Source of the DNA: Macrostomum lignano
Taxonomy: Eukaryota
Reading direction: 5' to 3'
Assembly: GCA_002269645.1 (NCBI GenBank)
Contig: NIVC01001059.1
Location: 1 to 64,000, forward strand
DNA length: 64,000 nt
Shown in pieces: positions 55,473 through 64,000 of the stretch. The translations under genes and the position numbers were made by a program. Position 1 is the first letter of the stretch. Every line of letters begins with the position of its first letter. A model generated the notes under the pieces. The model ran no database searches. It worked only from the letters and a program-made list of their open reading frames with translations, and was not told where the DNA came from.

Positions 55473-56454
55473 ATGCCAGAGGAAGCAGAAACCATGCCTA
55501 AACCGCATATCTATGTGGAGAGAACACTGGCTGTGATTAAACCAGATGCTGTGCATCATGCTGACGAAATCGAGGACATTATTACTCAAAATGGATTCTC
55601 TGTTCTGCAGAAACGGAAGGTGCAACTCACACCAGAACAAGCCAGTGAATTATATTCCGAGCACTTCGGAAAAATGTTTTTTCCCAGTTTGATTACGTAT
55701 ATGAGCAGCGGGCCAATCGTTGCCTTGGTCATTGCCAAGGACAAAGCCATCAGCAGCTGGAGGGAGCTCATCGGTCCCACAAACGCTCTGATTGCGAAGC
55801 AGTCTCATCCGGATAGCCTTCGAGCCAAGTATGGCACAGATGACCAACAGAATGCTCTACACGGAAGCGACAGTTTCACGAGTGCGGAAAAGGAAATTCG
55901 CTTCTTCTTTCCAGACAGCATTGTGGAGCCGATTTCAATCGGCGATTCTGCCAAGTCCTACCTTGCCCGGCATGTCAACCCAACCGTGCTCAAGGGACTT
56001 ACTGAGCTGTGCAAGAAAAAGCCCAACGATCCAATTGTGTGGCTATCTAATTGGCTACTAGAAAACAACCCGAATAAACCAAAGGTTTGCAGTCATCTGA
56101 TTTGATGCGATGCTCTAATCTTTCTCATGTAAATACGACTTATACCAAGCCAATTTAAGTTAATTCTTAAAAAGCATTAAAATATCTAGAAATATAAAGC
56201 AGCAAAGTATTAAAATATCTGTGCGAAAATTAATTATTTAGGGGTATAAATATTAATTCTCAACTAAAAATATTTTAGATTACACTAAAGTGAAAATATT
56301 GTAACCCAATTGATCCATTTTCAAGTATCAAAAATATCCAAATCAAACTGAAAGTGAGCAGATTTGCTTAGGACAAAATGCAAGAAACATTTACCATATT
56401 TAAACTCGTTTTCAGGTTGGTGGCAACTATTCTGTTGAAGAACCTCAGGCATAA
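55473..56454 (+). CDS. NME5: Nucleoside diphosphate kinase homolog 5 (NDK domain plus Dpy-30 motif); exons 55473..56084, 56416..56454 (216 aa)
   Basis: IYVERTLAVIKPDAV...FFPSLITYMSSGPIVA...WRELIGPTN...HPDSLRAKYGTDDQQNALHGSDSFTSAEKEIRFFFP...YLARHVNPTVLKGLTELCKKKPNDPIVWLSNWLLENNPNKPK. AAG|gtttgc...ttttcag|GTT gives the tail VGGNYSVEEPQA*, similar to vertebrate ...IVEEPY. Confidence 0.95.
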
Positions 56455-57164
56455 ACTGCAAGCACCCAGCTCTACTTGTGTCTAATTGGTTTAATTTTTA
56501 TTATATTTAACAGTTTGACTAACATTGGCATTTTTGCTAATTTACTTCTAATAAAGTATCTGGACTCTTGTTGATATCAGCAGTATAGAACAATAGAACA
56601 TAAAAATACAAAAGTTATTTTTTATTAAGGATTTTTTATTTATATTCTTTATTATTCCACACATCAAATATTAATGTAAATGGTAAGCTAAAGCTAACAA
56701 CTATAACTATGGCACAGCTTATTGTCTCGGATTTATCTATAAGACGATTTTTTTACTTTAAACTGTAGATTTCCTGCTCATATCGATTTTTAACTTCTCA
56801 TTAAACAGTACAACTCGCTGAATTAAACAATAGATTGTACTTGTTATACGTGCTTGTACTACTGCATGAGTAATCTGTGTCGTTTTGTTTTTAATAATTC
56901 GTTTTTGGTGGCTGACAGAAATTTTTAGCAAGAAAACGCTGCGGGATCTTGGAGAGGAGTTAAAATGCAAATTTGTTGCAGAACTACTAAATTAATGCTG
57001 ATTGTAAGTGCTGACAACAGGGCTAATATTGGAAAAAAATTGCTGAATAAATAATTTGTTAAGGCCTGAATTGATTCTCGCCTTAACAGAATAGAAATAA
57101 ATGAATTTGCCGAACATCTACAAGCTATTAACAACTTGAGTTACTTGACTCGCAATATCTAGCC

Positions 57165-57875
57165 TCAATATCTATACTGGCGCCTCATTATCTATACTGG
57201 CGCCTCATTATCTATACTGGTGCCTCTATATCTATACTGGCGCCTCATTATCTATAATGGCGCCTCAATATCTACACTGGCGCCTCATTATCTATACTGG
57301 CGCCTCAATATCTATACTGGCGCCTCTATATCTATACTGGCGCCTCTATATCTACTGGCGCCTCATTATCTATACTGGTGCCTCTATATCTATACTGGCG
57401 CCTCTATATCTACTGGCGCCTCATTATCTATACTGGCGCCTCAATATCTATACTGGCGCCTCTATATCTACTGGCGCCTCTATATCTACTGGCGCCTCAT
57501 CATCTATACTGGCGCCTCAATATCTATACTGGCGCCTCATTATCTTTACTGGCGCCTCTATATCTACTGGCGCCTCTATATCTACTGGCGCCTCATCATC
57601 TATACTGGCGCCTCAATATCTATACTGGCGCCTCATTATCTTTACTGGCGCCTCAATATCTATACTGGCGCCTCTATATCTACTGGCGCCTCATTATCTA
57701 TACTGGTGCCTCTATATCTATATATACTGGCGCCTCAATATCTATACTGGCGCCTCATCATCTATACTGGCGCCTCTATATCTACTGGCGCCTCAATATC
57801 TATACTGGCGCCTCAATATCTATACTGGCGCCTCATTATCTACACTGGCGCCTCATTATCTATATTGGCGCCTCA
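57165..57875. repeat. About 20-22-bp minisatellite (CTGGCGCCTCAWTATCTATA)n
   Basis: Direct periodicity with length variants. Confidence 0.95.
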
Positions 57876-58399
57876 AACTCCCTATTGGCGCTGCAGCCCA
57901 ACATCAGTTTCTCGCACTGGCGCCTCGATCCGGCTGGAGCAGCAGCCATTAGCCGGTGTATTGAGAGACACAAAGCAGCCAGGGGTCTGGAACGGAACGG
58001 AGTCGGCAGCAGGTGACTGTAATTAACAGACTGCATCAAGCAGATGGGGGACGGAAATGCCGTGGGCGGCAGAACAGGCAGTTTTTAATTAATCACTAGG
58101 GGGAAATCATGCTGACTGCGCCAATCAAATTATTTACTGTCGCTATTTTGAGAACCTGTCAAGTAAATGACTAAGTCTGAGAGAGTCGCGGAATTAACAA
58201 AAATGAAGTACATCTTGAAGGCATATCTCAGAGATGAAAATTAAATCTAACAACATTTCCGGGGAAGCGGGGAAAATTTTCGAGAAAAACAAATGAAAAA
58301 CTTGAAGCAATCGACAATTAAGGGCAAAGAGCCACTCTTTTTGGGCACCCGAAACAAATAGTTGTCCTTGCAGTTCAATAGTTGGCTTTGGGCCAACTT

Positions 58400-58480
58400 G
58401 GTCAGGGTTGGGTCAGGTCAGGCCCATGTCAGGTCAGGTTAGGTCAGGCCATGCCTGGTCGGGTCAGGTCAGGTCAGGTC
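58400..58480. repeat. (GGTCA)n degenerate microsatellite
   Basis: Direct. Confidence 0.8.
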
Positions 58481-59272
58481 TGTCGAAGACAGTCGAAGGC
58501 CCAGAACGCTGCCTGTCACGACGCCGGTCACAACGAGGCAGGCGATGACGCCGCCGGCAAGCAGCAGCAGCAGCCTCCGCCGCCCCATCTGGGGACATCG
58601 GCAGCAGCAGCCGCTCTCGTTGATCCTCGGATTGGCAGCCGTCGTTGAGCTTGACGTCGGCGGTGCTGGCTGACTTGGCGGCGGTGGCGCCTCCTCGGCT
58701 GGCAGCCAAATTCGCGGCGGGGCGAGTTCCGCCTCAGCTTCCTTGAGCTCCATCAGCGACCTGTCGCCCTGGCCGCTGAGCAGCAGGCGGTTGTCATAGT
58801 AATAGTGCACGCTGGGGTCGCCGGCCAGCTCTGGAAGCGGCAGAGGCTGCGGCGGCAGCGCCGGAGACGGCGGCGCCACCAAAGCGCCAAATCCCGGCGC
58901 CGATCCGAGCAGCGGCCTCGGCGGCCCGATGGCCGGCCGGAACCGGAAGCCGAAGTCGTCGTCGTTTTTGTCCTCCTCGTCCTCCTTGGCCGCCGCCACC
59001 GCCGCCGGCTGGCCGCCGCTGTTGCTGCTTCGAAAAGGCGTTCGTTTCCGCCGCTGCTTTTTCTTCTGCTTTTTCTCGCTGCCGTCAACAGAGCCGCGAT
59101 TTTCGGCACCAGCCGGCTGAGGAGGCAGCGGCGGCGGCGAGGGGCTCTCGGCAGCGGTTCTGAAGCTGAAGCGGCCCCTGCTGGGCAGGGTGAGCTGCTC
59201 CGCCGCGTCGTGGAAGCTGCTGCCCGGCGCCGTGGAAGCAGCGCCCTCAGTCGGCGCCGCCGGCAGGGCCAT
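58469..59272 (-). CDS. 267-aa Pro/Ala-rich protein with a basic patch and one hydrophobic segment near the C-terminus (tail-anchored or type II membrane protein); function unknown
   Basis: ATG-initiated GC-rich ORF; KKQKKKQRRKR; CCCRCPQMGRRR followed by LLLLLAGGVIACLVVTGVVTGSVLGL; ends in the (GGTCA)n repeat. Confidence 0.65.
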   Translation of the reverse strand: MALPAAPTEGAASTAPGSSFHDAAEQLTLPSRGRFSFRTAAESPSPPPLPPQPAGAENRGSVDGSEKKQKKKQRRKRTPFRSSNSGGQPAAVAAAKEDEEDKNDDDFGFRFRPAIGPPRPLLGSAPGFGALVAPPSPALPPQPLPLPELAGDPSVHYYYDNRLLLSGQGDRSLMELKEAEAELAPPRIWLPAEEAPPPPSQPAPPTSSSTTAANPRINESGCCCRCPQMGRRRLLLLLAGGVIACLVVTGVVTGSVLGLRLSSTDLT

Positions 59273-59817
59273 TCGCCGGCTGCTGCCCCGCTGCCTGAGT
59301 CAGTTCGGGCACCTGCCGGCTGCTGCGGGGGGGGGGGATGCTGCACGCTCAGAAACTCGAATTGCGCTCGGGGGTACAGCGAGTAGCTCATAGAGAGAGG
59401 CTGTCGCAGACCCTCTCAGTCTTGAGCGCGGGTCTCTATAATACCCATTATTGTTCGGGTGCGGCCAGACTGTGCTGTGGACGTCTCACAGCAGCCGCAG
59501 CTGAGGCTGGCTGAGTGTACAAGCGGCCCCACTCACTTCAACTACTTATCGCTTGTGCAGCAGGTGGAGTAACAATGAGAGCTGAGCCGAGCGCACCGAA
59601 GCCTGAGAATGCTAGATTTATAAATTTTGTGTTTTTACTAACTGAGTAACGCCGGGCCACCTCTGTGGACAGGCGATCAGCAGCTGTTGAAGGAGGCAAA
59701 AAGTCGAAACCCGTTCCGCTCAGGCCGCCACGTGGGGGTTGCCTCGGGAAACCACGAATTAAAGCGATCTGCAGGGCAGAGCATAGAAAAGATAGATGGA
59801 CCGCAGGGGCAGCATGG

Positions 59818-60368
59818 AATAGATTCCTGACATCACACTGACAGATTCCTGACATCACACTGACAGATTCCTGACATCACACTGACAGATTCCTGACATC
59901 ACACTGACAGATTCCTGACATCACACTGACAGATTCCTGACATCACACTGACAGATTCCTGACATCACACTGACAGATTCCTGACATCACACTGACAGAT
60001 TCCTGACATCACACTGACAGATTCCTGACATCACACTGACAGATTCCTGACATTAACACTGACAGATTCCTGACATTACACTGACAGATTCCTGACATCA
60101 CACTGACAGATTCCTGACATCACACTGACAGTTTCCTGACATTAACACTGACAGATTCCTGACATCACACTGACAGATTCCTGACATCATACTGACAGTT
60201 TCCTGACATTACACTGACAGATTTCTGACATAACACTGACAGAACCCTGACATAACACTGACAGCTTCCTGACATTACACTGACAGTTTCCTGACATCAC
60301 ACTGACAGATTCCTGACATTACACTGACAGATTCCCGACATAACACCGACAGATTCCTGACATTTTCC
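59818..60368. repeat. 22-bp minisatellite (CAGATTCCTGACATCACACTGA)n
   Basis: Direct periodicity. Confidence 0.96.
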
Positions 60369-60753
60369 TGACATTGTCCCGACAGGCTCGAGGCGCAATC
60401 CTGACAATGCCAATTATCTTTTGCATACAAAATTGGAATTCAATAAGTTGCGTGGTGAAATCCGATGCAAATAGAATCTGTTTGAAGGCCAACTTCAACT
60501 TCATCAGCCAGGAGGAAGCGTCTCAAATAGCCATTGCTCAACAGTCGCCCATCCGCAAATGCCGACTTTCGCTTTTAGCTTAACAGGAAACGCGATTAAA
60601 TTTCCTGCTACTGCCCGAGAGAGCAATCTCATCAAATTAACTCAATCTGATTGCTCCACTTGCTGAGCAGCTTTAATCTGCTCGGGACTCAGCTTAGCGA
60701 AGCATTTGCGACAGCCTTTTTAGTAATTGCTCAGGCAGCATCTGGTGCGGGGC

Positions 60754-63420
<2,667 letters not shown>

Positions 63421-64000
63421 TAGTAACTGACTGAGAAAACTAAATAATAACTTTTGACTTGGGAAAGATTAGCCAGAATACGAAACCGGCCTTTCAACGC
63501 TTGGCGTCAAGCAAAAAGGCGCTTAACTCGAAATTCAGGTGCTGCCCAGTCCGAATTCGAATGTCTGTGGCCAGGGCTGCAGCAGTGAGAAGGGCCGCCG
63601 CTAATCCCAGTCCATCAAGTCTCCGCGGCGTTAATTCTCCATTAGTGGCGAGTCGCACCTGTCTTTGGGGCGCCCGTCAGCCATGTCAGCCTCGGCAGCC
63701 CGGGTCCACTTTCAAACAGACTCGGGACAAAAGCTGAAGGGCCTGGGGAAAATGGCTAAAGAGGGGATTAGCGAGAGGCAGCAGGGCTAATCTGATGTTT
63801 TGACAGCCGTGCCATATTGGGAGGGGCGCCTCGCCAGCTCGGGTGTCTGCCATCCTCAGGTGGTGCGGATTAGGACCAGATTTTCTCCTATTCGAAGCTC
63901 CCGGCTGCACTCGAGTCTCGGGTTTGTTTTGCTGCAGGCCTGAAAATAGACCGCCGGACAGCGGCAAAACACTAATAATTCTGACCCAGCTGCGGCAAGC

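Noticed and set aside
38368-57952. Long ORFs such as 38368-39453, 46694-47705, 48477-49238, 49385-50787 and 57220-58026
   Set aside because: They are translations of stop-free tandem repeats open in several frames and lie in predicted introns or intergenic DNA

Overview
Eukaryotic, intron-rich animal genomic DNA. GC-rich exons with minisatellite-filled introns suggest a free-living flatworm such as Macrostomum; this is inferred from sequence style, not proven. Host genes built by hand from splice sites and reading frames: (i) a minus-strand Polycomb PCGF-family RING/RAWUL gene whose two coding exons (22589-22656, 222-831) are separated by a 21,757-bp intron; (ii) a two-PDZ syntenin-like gene (~29981-35422); (iii) a six-exon, signal-peptide, two-Ig, GPI-anchored Dpr/ZIG-8-like gene (37893-51610); (iv) NME5 (55473-56454); (v) an orphan terminal exon (52949-53342, minus) and a C-terminally anchored membrane ORF (58469-59272, minus). 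The PCGF intron holds stacked mobile elements: a 9.2-kb two-gene CMC-EnSpm/CACTA transposon (3572-12785) carrying MITEs, an unexplained GC-rich island, and an RNase H-bearing LINE interrupted by a BEL/Pao LTR element (14994-20129) with identical 300-bp LTRs, a CTATC target-site duplication, an initiator-tRNA-Met PBS and an in-frame integrase deletion. The rest contains about 20 tandem-repeat arrays, several apparently seeded from adjacent splice donors, and a 2.7-kb (TAAC)n array. Most frameshifts in the TE ORFs can be repaired by adding one base in a short homopolymer, so they are probably long-read errors. I found no convincing new multi-gene system. The best leads are the shared CAG|AAATG acceptor of the two transposon genes, the donor-derived minisatellites and the BEL/Pao primer and deletion architecture.
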